A stretch of DNA of 64,000 nucleotides from Callorhinchus milii (Eukaryota), in NCBI RefSeq assembly GCF_018977255.1, contig NW_024704746.1, positions 6,014,001 through 6,078,000 of the forward strand, read 5' to 3'. The notes below the pieces were generated by a model that made no database searches, had not been told where the DNA came from, and saw only the letters and a program-made list of their open reading frames with translations. The position numbers and the translations under genes were made by a program. Every line of letters begins with the position of its first letter. Position 1 is the stretch's first letter. Positions 53,555-64,000 of this stretch are shown here, one piece after another.

Positions 53555-56500
53555 GCAATGGACAGAACATCCATTCCACCAGTTAATCCCTCAGTATTGC
53601 TGGAGTGCAAACCAGGATTATAGTTGACATCTTGGAATCTAATAACATTATGATAACAATAACATTAAGTAACAAATAATGTTCCATTCAAATTGCACAC
53701 ACTACTGAATCGATCCCATTTACAACAAGCTCACACTCATAATCCTTGTATTTTATATGGTGCTTTATCATGCTGTTAAGACATCTCATACCTCTTCACA
53801 GGATTTTACTGTGTTCTGTTTTTATAAAGGCAAACATGATAGCGAATCCGCACCAGCAAGGTCCCCCAAACAACCAGTGAAATTGAAAGGAAAATTAAAG
53901 GAAGAAAGAGGAAAGAAAAATTTATTAAAAATGTGACAGAGAAGCAAGGATCTTAGGGATGGGCGGCAGCCATGTAAGATGTAAGATGCTGAATTGTGTC
54001 ATAATCCCCAAATGTTATAAAGGATGATATATATATGCACACATGTAGTGGTTGTCAATTGCACCCTGATGCCCTGTCTCATGACTGTAGAATCACCGGT
54101 TAGGGGCCTTCATTGGAAGTTCTCTGCTGCTGTGATGCATAAGCAAAGTGTACTGTGCATATTGGTGACCTGACAGAATAGGGGATAACATAGAGTTACT
54201 CTCATCATATATAATTCGTCTTTCAGCAATTAAGGAAGACGTGCAATCGGCAGACTATTCAATGAGACTGCAAAGAACAAGTGGCAAAAAAAATCTATGT
54301 TTTGCAACAATGGAGAAATTAATCGCAACAGCAACAACGTGCGAAGTATAAAGTAAGAACAATTCAGCCTCAGCATTTCAGTAAATATTCCCAGGTTAGA
54401 TTCCTCCTCCTCCCACCCCATAATCATTTTCATTCATTGTAGAAGGTAGCAACAGAAAACCTGTGCTGTTTCCTTACCTGGGGAGTTCTTGCTACTGAGA
54501 CTTTGTAAATGCTTGAGATGGGAAAGTGTTTCATTTCACAGCACTAATATCCCTAATATTGATGAACAAAATATTTACAAATCCGTTTTTAAAAAATTGG
54601 CTTTTGTTACGTTCTGTGCTGTAAACTAAGGGTCCACTAAGTCCAGCTAATACCGTTTGCTTTCTCAGGGACAAGAAATGATCACAGCGACACACAACAG
54701 CATGTAAACATTGAAAGTAATTTTTAATATTCAATTAAAGCAAAATAATAGGTGGCTGTAAACCTGTAGTCCAGTAAAAGCTTGATGCCTTCATATGGTG
54801 AGGACTTAAAATTGTATTCAAATTTTCCTCATAATTATATGCTGGATACTAGAAATTTAATTATAATTTGTAGTATTCAGCATTTAAAAGTATCAAAATA
54901 TTATCCGTGGGGCAGGTGGATTTTGTGAGTCATCAGGGAAATTCAGCGCTTAGTGGTTGAATCTTAACTAACGTCAGTACCAGAAATTAAAAGAAAATCC
55001 CACAGCTCAGACCTGAAGAGAATCCCATTACAAGAGATTCATCATAGATATATTTCTGCATCCTACAAATTGCACTTCAATCTGACACCTGTTGCAGGGA
55101 CCATTAATATAGCTTAAAACATAGGGCCTCTTGCAGCTATTTATAGTGTATTGATGTGGAAAGACAAACTGAGTTGACTGCTTAGTTGAGGTTCAAATCA
55201 AACATTTTGACTATTTAAAAAATAAATGTTAAAAATTGTATATAACACACAGAAATCTCATAATTTTAATTAATAAATTAATCTAAGCAGTAATAATGTT
55301 TTGAAGTAAATGTTTACCCAGGTTCAATCATCAGTGCTTATTGAGTTAGCTCACAGCCTAGCTTAGTCAGTAGCACTCATGCCTCTGAGTCAGAAGGTTG
55401 TATTTCAATTACCACAAGATGACTTTGGACTGTAGGCTGACACTTCTCTGAAGTGCTGGGGGAGCACTGCTGCTGTGAGCACTGCCCTCAACTGTCCTTT
55501 CCCCCATATCCGTGCCATGACCCAATCTGTTTGTTGTGGGAATTCCCGAAAAATACAGTACAGAGCAAGTGAGCTAGTTGTCGAAATACTCGTGAATCAT
55601 ATCTTAACGTGCCAATAAGTGGTTGTTTGAAAATGAATCCTGATTTTCACTATATTTAACCAGAGTTTTTTGTTGAATTCCCCCGCCCCAAGATTCTCTT
55701 CCATTTTGTGTTGGAAAAAAATGATCTTGAAAAATAGCTGGATTTTAGTTTGTAAATTTGAAAAGAAGACTTTAATTGTCCTTGTTACACAGCAAAATAG
55801 AAGTGATTTTCTACAAAACACGTAGTATAAATGTTTCATTGAATTTCATTAAATATCCAAAAATATAAGAAAACTTTTTCAATGCACCAGAAAGGGCTCT
55901 GTACGTGATTTTATCACTCTTGCATTTATTCTCACACTTAATTTTCTCCTGTATAATTCTATCCCTACTTGTTACCAATAAAGAAAGAGAAAATACAGGG
56001 TTGACAAAATGAACTGGGAACGCCTCTGTATGCTTGGTACAGAGAGAATCAGTTGGTTGAGAGACGGGTGTGGGGGTGCTCCATCCTTTGCTTTTCTCTC
56101 ACATTCATCTCTGTGCTCTTCTGCATGAAATCAAATCTCATTAAATTCTATGAACAAATACAACAGCAAAATTAGTCTTACCAGCGTTTAGTTCAAAGAC
56201 TTTAATCTCAATGAGAAAAGACAGTGACATTTAGACTGCCTCCCATGGCTCATTTGTTTCACTGTTATGACATAATAAACATAACTCTCAATCAATGAAA
56301 TAGCATCAGGTCATGAAGATTGCATTATTTGCATCTCGTAGTTTTACAGATTTAATCGTGAACATTCTTCTTAAAAAAAATCTTCAGGAAACAGGGAAGA
56401 TCTTTATTGGCTGAAACACTTGGAGGGAGTGGAAGTCTACTGGCAACAAGAAATGTACTCAATATTCTTTCCTGCACAAAATCCATGCATTATATATTGT

Positions 56501-59500
56501 GCAGCTTCATTCCCTCAAGGGCTGTCATCTCTGCAATAGAGATGAAGAGAAAGTGGTAGTTAATAAATAGGTTGAATCTAGGAATGGAGGGTTGTTTGGT
56601 GATTTGATAGTGTGATTAGCTTTGACTGTTCTTCAGGTGGCAGGTTGAAACAACTGCATTTCGGAAACATCAGATTCTGAAATTCGATTTAGCACAAGAG
56701 ATTTCCTCCCAAAAATTGAGGAATAACCAGCAGTTTCTAGCAGTTAACCCCAACATTGAAGCTCTATTTTAGCTAGCTTTTTATTATTCATCTTTCCCAT
56801 TTTAGATTATACAGTATTTTTGACGAGGATAGACTACAAGCTCAGGCTAAAAAATGTTGAAGGTGAGGGATCATCGATGGAGTATCCAACCAGCATAGCA
56901 CAAAGCATTGTGGCTGTGATTCTCCTTGTGATGTGTTTCTGAATCTACCATAGGCACACTAACTGATTGCAATGCCCCTGACTGAGATCAGCTATGTCAG
57001 CAGAGATTGTGGATTCAACCTGAGACATTACCAGCTAAATATTACTACAGCTTGGTTGCCATGTGGCTGGGCACCTCTCAGTAGTATATTTACCATCATG
57101 AACCATCATGGCATGGCTGTTTTTTAAATAATAATCCTTGCATTTGATATAGTAATGTTTCATCATATTTAAGGCTTTAAATATTATTGTGTCCAGAATC
57201 ACAATGTATGTGGTTAGTTGAAATTACAGAATTATTGAAGGCGCCTGACTTCATGACTATTTGTGTAGAATTGCTGCAGGTCTCTGTGATTAAGACAAGG
57301 GAGTGCTCATGTAACAGTGATTAAATAGACTTCAAACCATACTCTAGTGACAATTAGCACCTCAGCCCTCTTAATTAAGGAAAGGAGGGATCCCCTGATG
57401 GGTCAGCAAGTTTATCCAAGTAAACAGCTGATAGTAGTTCAATCTTTAGTCTTGGTTAATTTCAGTTTTAGTGGCATTAATTTCAGTTTTAGTGGCATTG
57501 TGGGAAGAGGAAGGATTGGTATTTGGGGGGTGGGTTTGCTATCATTGCTTATATGACAAATTCATTTGTTGAGGGAGAGGAACATTGCTGGCAATGGGGA
57601 CCAGTAATTGTGGCAAGACAGAAATCAGAGTGAGAGCTGATACCAACAATGACCAAGCAGCTAAACTGAAGGTTGGCACGGACATATCCAATCCGGAGTG
57701 TTAACACATACAGCAAATGTTTCAATGAAGAATTTCCAGTTCTTGCGTTTTTTAATTTACATAAATTTTACATAGCCTCTGCATCACAAAACGTGCTATT
57801 TGGCCCAACCAATCTGTGCCTATGTTTATAATGCATTCCTTACTCCCTCCCATGTATAAAACATGATTGTTGGGCACATAATCTGACCATCATCCTTTGC
57901 TTCAATTGTCCCCTTTTTATTTTGAAAATTTCCCTTTGCTTCTCAGAAACATAAATGTAGTTGTAATGTATCTTTTGTCAATATTCCACTGTTCAATTGT
58001 TATTACTCATTACTGTACTTTTGGAGATATTGCTAGGGCACATTGCATCCTGCATTTGCTCATATAATATTTAGTACACTTTAAAGTACATGGTAACTGT
58101 TTTCACATAAAAGGGACTATATTAACTGCAAGCATTATTATCAGGGTCCAATCTGTGGAAATTCTGTTATGAGATGCCTCAAAAAGAACTGGAACTATAT
58201 CACTCACCTCACACCTACCCCAGGAAACAGATTACGTTGTTTCCAGTTTTTTTTTATTGAGGTATCCCATTGGAAATTTGGGCATAGCCTGATTTATTAT
58301 ATAAATAATTTTATCACAGCCACAGTTTAAACCTGTCCTTCAACCAATCATCCACACAAGTAATGGTGACTACAGACAATGGCCAAGCAGATAAACACTT
58401 ACATACCCTTCCTTTCAACCTGTTGTAACCTCACCCTGTACAGGGGGCTTGGGAAAATACTTGGCTAACACTCATCACCTCTCCAACAATAAAATTACAC
58501 CAGTAGGAAATGTGAAGTAATTTACAATGGTAGAAAGAATAAAGAGGCCAACTATATCCTGGATGATACGAACTTAAGAGAGGTAGAGGAATAAAGGAAT
58601 CTAAGGATTCAGATTCACATAACTCTAAAAGTAGCAGCGCAGATGAGTACGGCCATAGAGAATGCAAATAGGGAATTAAAATAGATCAATATTGTTAAAT
58701 TTATATAAAGCCTTAGTTAAACCACATTGTGCAGTGGGAACCGTGTGCAGTGAACCACTCGGCACTAGGGGGAGCTCAGTGTATCTACACATCTGGAGAT
58801 CAAAATTCCATCACGTGAACATGCAGTTCAGACCTGCAATGTGCTTCCCAATAAATTGAGTTTGCTTATAATGCAATTGCACCGTAGACCCCAGTCACAT
58901 GTGCCCACTTGCACCAAGGCAGCAGAGAAATCACGAAGTAATGTGTTTGATGTGGAAGGGGGAGGAGAAGGAACAAGAGGAACAATAGCTATGACATTTA
59001 CCTCCCATAATTCCTGAAATAATAGTCTTGCACCCATCCCTCTCCAAGTATTATCTGTAGCAATCTGTTCCTATGTTCCTAGGTCTAGTGTTGTATTGCC
59101 ACAAATGACAGGTGGGACTAAAGTTTCCTCAGCTTCTGATTTTATTCTTATTGCATGTCCTCCACTCAAGCTATAATTGGGAATTTAGTAGATTGCCAAA
59201 CCAGCTCTGTGCGTTGCTGCCCTGACATACCACCTTCAAAGAGAATCTATTTTATTGATCTGCTCTTTGCTTCCATATTATCAGGACCATCATTTTGGAA
59301 TCAGGTCACTAAAAAGTGAGGCTTTCCAATCATGCAAACAATGAAGTACCTCTATCTTTATTTAAAAATAGCATGATTGATAAAATCTGACAAAAAAATT
59401 ATCTAACTTGCTGCTTTAGATAAGCACACCACAGACACCAAACATAATAAAATAAAAATAAATAAAAATTCCAGTTAGGTCAAGTGGTTCTTACAAATAT

Positions 59501-60611
59501 GAATATACTGTAAATGTAAAGGTGGGCAATGATTACATTTTAGTGTGTAATAATGTATTTATTGCAGCATGTTTGCATTTGAATCAATTTAAGAATTCTG
59601 GCGGTAAAATGTGAAGGCAGGCATTTAGGACACACTGCAGGAAATATTTCTTAAGTATAACTGGATTCTGCAAAGGGGAGGTATTAAGAAGGATAAAATC
59701 CAATGGGTCAAAGATCTTTTCTTCCTTTCTTTAGGTTCTTCTTTTACTCTTAGGTTTTTCTGACAGTGCTGTTCTCACTGCTCACTTGCCAAGAGATGTC
59801 TGGAGTGAGTTTTCCCCTTGGCTGAGCCTCGTGGGACATTGTGGGCACAATCTGTCCCTGCTTTACAACCTCACCGACCTCAACCAAACTCCATTTATGT
59901 TTGGTATGACAGACAAGATCATAGAGAATTGATTCTTCTTTTAAAACACTTTATATCTTTTTATTGTGAGTCCAGTTGTAATTTTGATGAACAGTATATT
60001 NAAAAAAACACAAAGTTCGAATTTAAGGTGCAGTGTGAAGCCCGGCTGCTGCAGTATCTTGGCTCAAACGTACAGAAGAAATGATGGAAAGAATAGACCT
60101 TTAATCTGGTTTCCACATATCTGGATCTGCATCCTGGGTGAGTAGGAGCATGTGATGCTGGGTGAGCATGTGTGGTTGTAAGTAGGGTTACCAGAAATTA
60201 AAATAGATTTGTAGCCCAAAGTCAAGCAAAAACTAGCCCAAATGTATCATATATAGTATTCCAGACTGTATATTGTATAATAGAGTAATCCTTGCATTTG
60301 ATATAGCGCCTTATCATGTGGTTGTGATGTCTCAAAGCGCTTCAAATTGTATAGTGAATTGACTGTATATTTTGTGGGCAAAAGTGGCCCCATATTATGC
60401 GTAACATACTATGAGTAACAGAGTACTTTTGAAACAGTGTGAGAAAAAGTCTTCAAAAGAGGGGTGGGGGGACGTTTTATAGGTTTAAATTAAAATTTTA
60501 AAAATGAGCCACCGAGCCAAAGCCGTTTTTTCACGTACAATAACAACAAAAATAAATTTAAAAATAAAAATGACGTGATAAGGTGCTATATCAAATGCAA
60601 GGATTATTACA

Positions 60612-60750
60612 TTATATTAACAAAGACGAAATGTCTATCTGTCTGTCAAGAATACAATAACTGATTGACGTAGGGACATGATTTATACCTCATTGGAAAT
60701 GTCTTGCATGGGGAGTGTCATGGACATATTTTGGGGGATCTCCTATCGTT
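60612..60750 (+). mobile_element. Older partial copy of the same Helitron-like 5' region
   Basis: gaaatgtctatctgtctgtc..attgacgtagggacatgatttatacctcattggaaatgtcttgca..ggggatctcctatcgt repeats 60868-60998. Confidence 0.7.
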
Positions 60751-60863
60751 GATGAGTTATATTAAAAAAAAGTAAAAATGCTTTAATTAAGCCTCAAACA
60801 AGTATGCGTGGTATTCTGCGACAAAGTAGCGACAGAGGTCACACATCCTTTTAGAGAGATACA

Positions 60864-61323
60864 TCCTCTATATACTAATAAAGGTGAAATGTCTGTCTGT
60901 CTAACCCATTGACGTAGAGACATGATTTATACCTCATTGGAAAGGTCTTGCACATGGGAGTGCCACGGGCATATATTTTTTCGGGGATCTCCTATCGTCA
61001 CCTAAACAAGCGCATCGCGTATGTATGGACTCCAACAAGGAGTCCGCCCAACACGAATCCAACCACAGGAGTCGTCCCTATAGGAGTCCTCCCAACCAGA
61101 AGTCCTCCCACAGGAGTCCTCCCAAAAGGAATCCGTGTGCAAATATATGAACAAGCGACGCTACCCCGAGTTCAACAGCATATTTTCCTAACCTTCAGGG
61201 ATAAAGATGCCGAAGAAGCGAAGATCAAGCCTTTCGAGGACAAATTAAAAACGTCAGATGAAAGAGAGAAGGCCGATTATATGAAAACCGGTTGCAAGGC
61301 GGAGCTGCAACGGGTACAGCTGG
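60864..61323 (+). mobile_element. Short non-autonomous Helitron-like element
   Basis: 5' A|TC CTCTATATACTAATAAA then (TGTC)n. 3' hairpin GTTGCA-9nt-TGCAAC (61291-61311), 8 nt, then CTGG|T (CTRR). Inserted between A and T with no TSD. Confidence 0.65.
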
Positions 61324-61365
61324 TCATTAAAAATAATAATAATAATAGTAATAATAATAATAAAA

Positions 61366-61640
61366 CGCCCGATTGGGGTGTGAACCCGCCCAATCGGGGA
61401 CGTTGACGGTTGGTTGGGGGCGGGCGGGGCGGTTTGGGTGTGAACCCGCCCAATCGGGGACGTTGACGGTTGGACGGGGGCGGGCGGGGGCGGTTTGGGT
61501 GTGAACCCGCCCAATCGGGAACGTTGACGGTTGGTTGGGGGCGGGCGGGGCGGGCGGGGCGGTTTGGGTGTGAACCCGCCCAATCGGGAACGTTGACGGT
61601 TGGGGCGGGCGGGCGGTTTGTGCGGTTTGGGCGGGCGGTT
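61366..61640. repeat. GC-rich tandem repeat, about 60-69 bp unit, about 4 copies
   Basis: Unit gggtgtgaacccgcccaatcggg(g/a)acgttgacggttgg...ggggcgggcggggcggttt starting near 61376, 61436, 61497 and 61566. Confidence 0.95.
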
Positions 61641-61679
61641 GGAGCCCTCGCGCGCTGATTGATGGCCGCTCGCGCTGAG

Positions 61680-61807
61680 TGCCCGCCCACTGCCCGCGCG
61701 GTGGCTCAGGAGTCGCCAGTTTGCCAGCGGCACCAGCAGCGGCTCGGGGATGTACGGCAGCGTCCAGCCGCCGCGCCTCACAGCATGAGTCCCGGGACAC
61801 GGTGCAG
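61680..61807 (+). other. Probable first exon of an unidentified + strand gene (5' boundary unknown)
   Basis: Strong donor CAG|GTGAGC at 61807/61808 inside the CpG island, downstream of the CCAAT/GC array; ATGs at 61750 and 61785. Confidence 0.5.
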
Positions 61808-62321
61808 GTGAGCGTTTCCCTCCCCCCCCAACCCCCACCCCTTTTGACCGTTTTTTTTAAAAAAAAAACTTGAAAACGTCGTGCTGTTTGAGATGCTCGT
61901 CACGGGAAGGGGGGGTGTCGTGTCTCTCTCGGTCCCCTGTATCCCCCCCCCCCCCTCAGCCCGCTGGCCTAAGGCTCAGGCTTCGCGTCCTCTCGGCGAA
62001 GGAGATTTAAACCGAGCCCGGGTCGAGGGGAGGTGGTGGGGGGGGGGAGGGAGGGAGGTGGTAGCGTCTGCCCTCCTCGGCCTCGGGTTTATGCTCCGGT
62101 TTCGGGCTGGGATGGGGTCCCGCCCGCCCCCCCCCGGCCCCGGCAGCGGGTGAGGAGGAGCGCGGGTCGTGAGCGCAGCGCAGGTGCCGTCTCCCCCGAG
62201 TCGTGGGAGGCACCGAGACCGGGGTCTGAAAACGCTCGAGCGAACGCCGTTCGTGGACGTTTACACCGCGCGACCCGAACAGCCCCGCGAACACCGTCCG
62301 TTCTCGCGGGTGGAGTTGTTC

Positions 62322-62496
62322 GTGTGTGTGTCTGTGTGTGTGTGTGTGTGTGGTGGGGGGGGAAGTGAAGGGAGGAAATAATAATACCCCCCGCCTCCCC
62401 CCCCCCCCCACCTCCCGCCTCGAGATTGAAATAAACTTCCTCGCGCGATTGTGTAAATACTGTAATCGTACACGTTGTCTTTTTCCGTGTGTGTGT

Positions 62497-62527
<31 letters not shown>

Positions 62528-62630
62528 CGAGGGGTAAAAACCCTTCCGACATACTCTCTGCCCAGTTTACCACCAGACATCCTCGGCGAGAAGCTCAACC
62601 CGACGGGGGGGGGGGGGGGGGGGGGGAGGG
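62322..62630. repeat. (TG)n microsatellites and long G/C homopolymers
   Basis: TG runs at about 62322-62352 and 62487-62511; G runs at about 62511-62527 and 62605-62626. Confidence 0.9.
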
Positions 62631-62692
62631 CTGTCCATTGCTTTGGGGTTTTAAGTTATTTCCCTCACTATGCAAATCTTGAAGGTCAGTTA

Positions 62693-62906
62693 AATAATAA
62701 TAATAATAATCCTCGCATTTGGTATAGGGCTTTTCACGTCGGGAGGACGTCCCAAAGCGCTTCACAGAACACACTGTAAAGTGAATTGACTGTATATTTG
62801 TGGGCGAACGCGGCAGCCAATTGCGCACAGCAGTGTCCCACAAACAGTCGTAGATTGAAAATGACCAATTTATTATTGTTTTGTTTTTTTGGAGGGATTA
62901 TTATTA
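62693..62906 (-). mobile_element. 5'-truncated SINE, short subfamily
   Basis: Near-identical to 31968-32180. Confidence 0.9.
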
Positions 62907-63453
62907 GATTATTAATAAAAGATTATTAAATCTTTTCTGTCCCACCGCCACCCACCCCAACCCCTTCCCCTACTCCGCCCTCCCCAATTTTTTTTTAAAT
63001 CTAATTCTCCGTTTCGGCTTCTTGCCCCAGTCCTGAAACCTAAGGGAGTGGGTGGTGGGTGGGTGGGGTGGGGGGGGGGGGTCTGTTTTGACCAGTGTTA
63101 CAGCGAGCGCGTGCAGATATTTGCCTCCATCGAGGCTCTTGCACTTGTTTTGACTCGTGTAACTGGGTCAAAACTGGTAACCTCAACAACGTAGCCTCCC
63201 TCGCCTGAAGGTTGGGGAAAGGCCGTGGATTTAGGGGTGTTTCGAGCGAAAAGAGTTTTGCAAAAATGTCCGCAGTAAACAAATATGGTGAGGAAAAAGC
63301 CACAACCCGAGTTGATCCTAAAATCCCCTTTCACGTTTGTCAGACAAGTGGCACTTTCACACAGTTTGCACGTCGTGTGCATTTACACCACAAAATGTTG
63401 AAAGGGATGAAATCGAGTCAGTACTTTCCGATGTTCTGTAACATTTTGTCAAT

Positions 63454-63580
63454 CAATTGGCTGCCGCGTTCGCCCACAAATATACAGTCAATTCACTTTA
63501 CAGTATGTCCTGTGAAGCGCTTTGGGACGTCCAGGAGACGTGAAAAGCGCTATATCAAAATGCAAGGATTATTATTATTA
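63454..63580 (+). mobile_element. SINE 3' fragment
   Basis: caattggctgccgcgttcgcccacaaatatacagtc...gcaaggattattattatta. Confidence 0.85.
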
Positions 63581-64000
63581 TCAAACATCTTCTGGTGTGT
63601 TGTGAGGAATTAACTGTCGAGAGCAGTTCTGATGCGTGGAACAGACAGTTGGTTGCAATTGAAAGAGATTCTCAATATTGTGTGCCCGAGGTTTGAGGGG
63701 CAATGGCAGTACAGGGGTTATTAGAGGTGGTTGAGGGAGAAGATAAGGTTGCTAAAATAGAAGAATTAATGCATTTGCAGAAGTGGAATTTTGTAGACTC
63801 GCAAACAATGACAAAACCTGTGTAATAGGAGCACTGAAATATTTCAACAGTAAACAATTCAAGTTTGTCCTCTGGTTTGACTGTGCCTCCAGTCATTTTC
63901 CTGTGTGTCCCCCCCCCCCCCCACCCATAGCCTCCACACTCCTGAATCCAGCCTCCAGCTTGGGTGCAAACCATCGTCTGTCCTGTGCCTCAAGACCTCC

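Larger units (their letters stand above)
61360..62630. promoter_or_regulatory. CpG island / probable promoter
   Basis: Abrupt switch to high GC and dense CpG in an otherwise CpG-depleted window, with multiple GC boxes, CCAAT boxes and G-runs. Confidence 0.8.

Noticed and set aside
60001-60001. Single N base
   Set aside because: Ambiguous base or assembly join at an A-run; no biological meaning can be assigned.
60948-61406. 152-aa ORF and the overlapping 130-190 aa ORFs across 61254-62780
   Set aside because: They span a Helitron-like element, tandem repeats and GC-rich low-complexity sequence; no recognisable domain.
61376-61620. CRISPR-like repeat appearance
   Set aside because: The intervening sequences are near-identical G-rich variants, not unique spacers; vertebrate context and no cas genes.
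60184-63183. Possible 3-kb hAT element bounded by GGTTACCAG ... CTGGTAACC
   Set aside because: Only about 9 bp of inverted match, no 8-bp TSD and no transposase remnant; could be chance or unrelated fragments.

Overview
Vertebrate genomic DNA, AT-rich and dense in repeats. The SINE/L2/CR1/Penelope-type repeat content suggests a cartilaginous fish (shark or chimaera; inference only). Two convergent genes are present. On + are the last two coding exons of ATF6 (2314-2398 and 34174-34406), separated by a 31.8-kb intron. On - is an 8-exon olfactomedin-like 2B gene (OLFML2B, ATG 52261, stop 39960) with a greatly expanded Thr/Pro mucin exon. ATF6 and OLFML2B are also tail-to-tail neighbours in human. 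A CpG island at about 61.36-62.63 kb carries a probable first exon of an unidentified + strand gene. Most other listed ORFs are repeat-derived or chance ORFs. I see no clear-cut new biological system. The best leads are: (i) OLFML2B exon 2 is 2 nt short and out of frame at both canonical splice sites; (ii) an 89-bp-arm palindrome with a Penelope-type minimal hammerhead core lies 40 nt into the next intron; (iii) a short Helitron-like element abuts a ~60-bp tandem array of CCAAT-N9-TGACG plus GC boxes at the edge of the CpG island; (iv) several modular SINE architectures share an L2 3' tail. All homology statements come from recalled sequences, not from database searches. Repeat boundaries are approximate.
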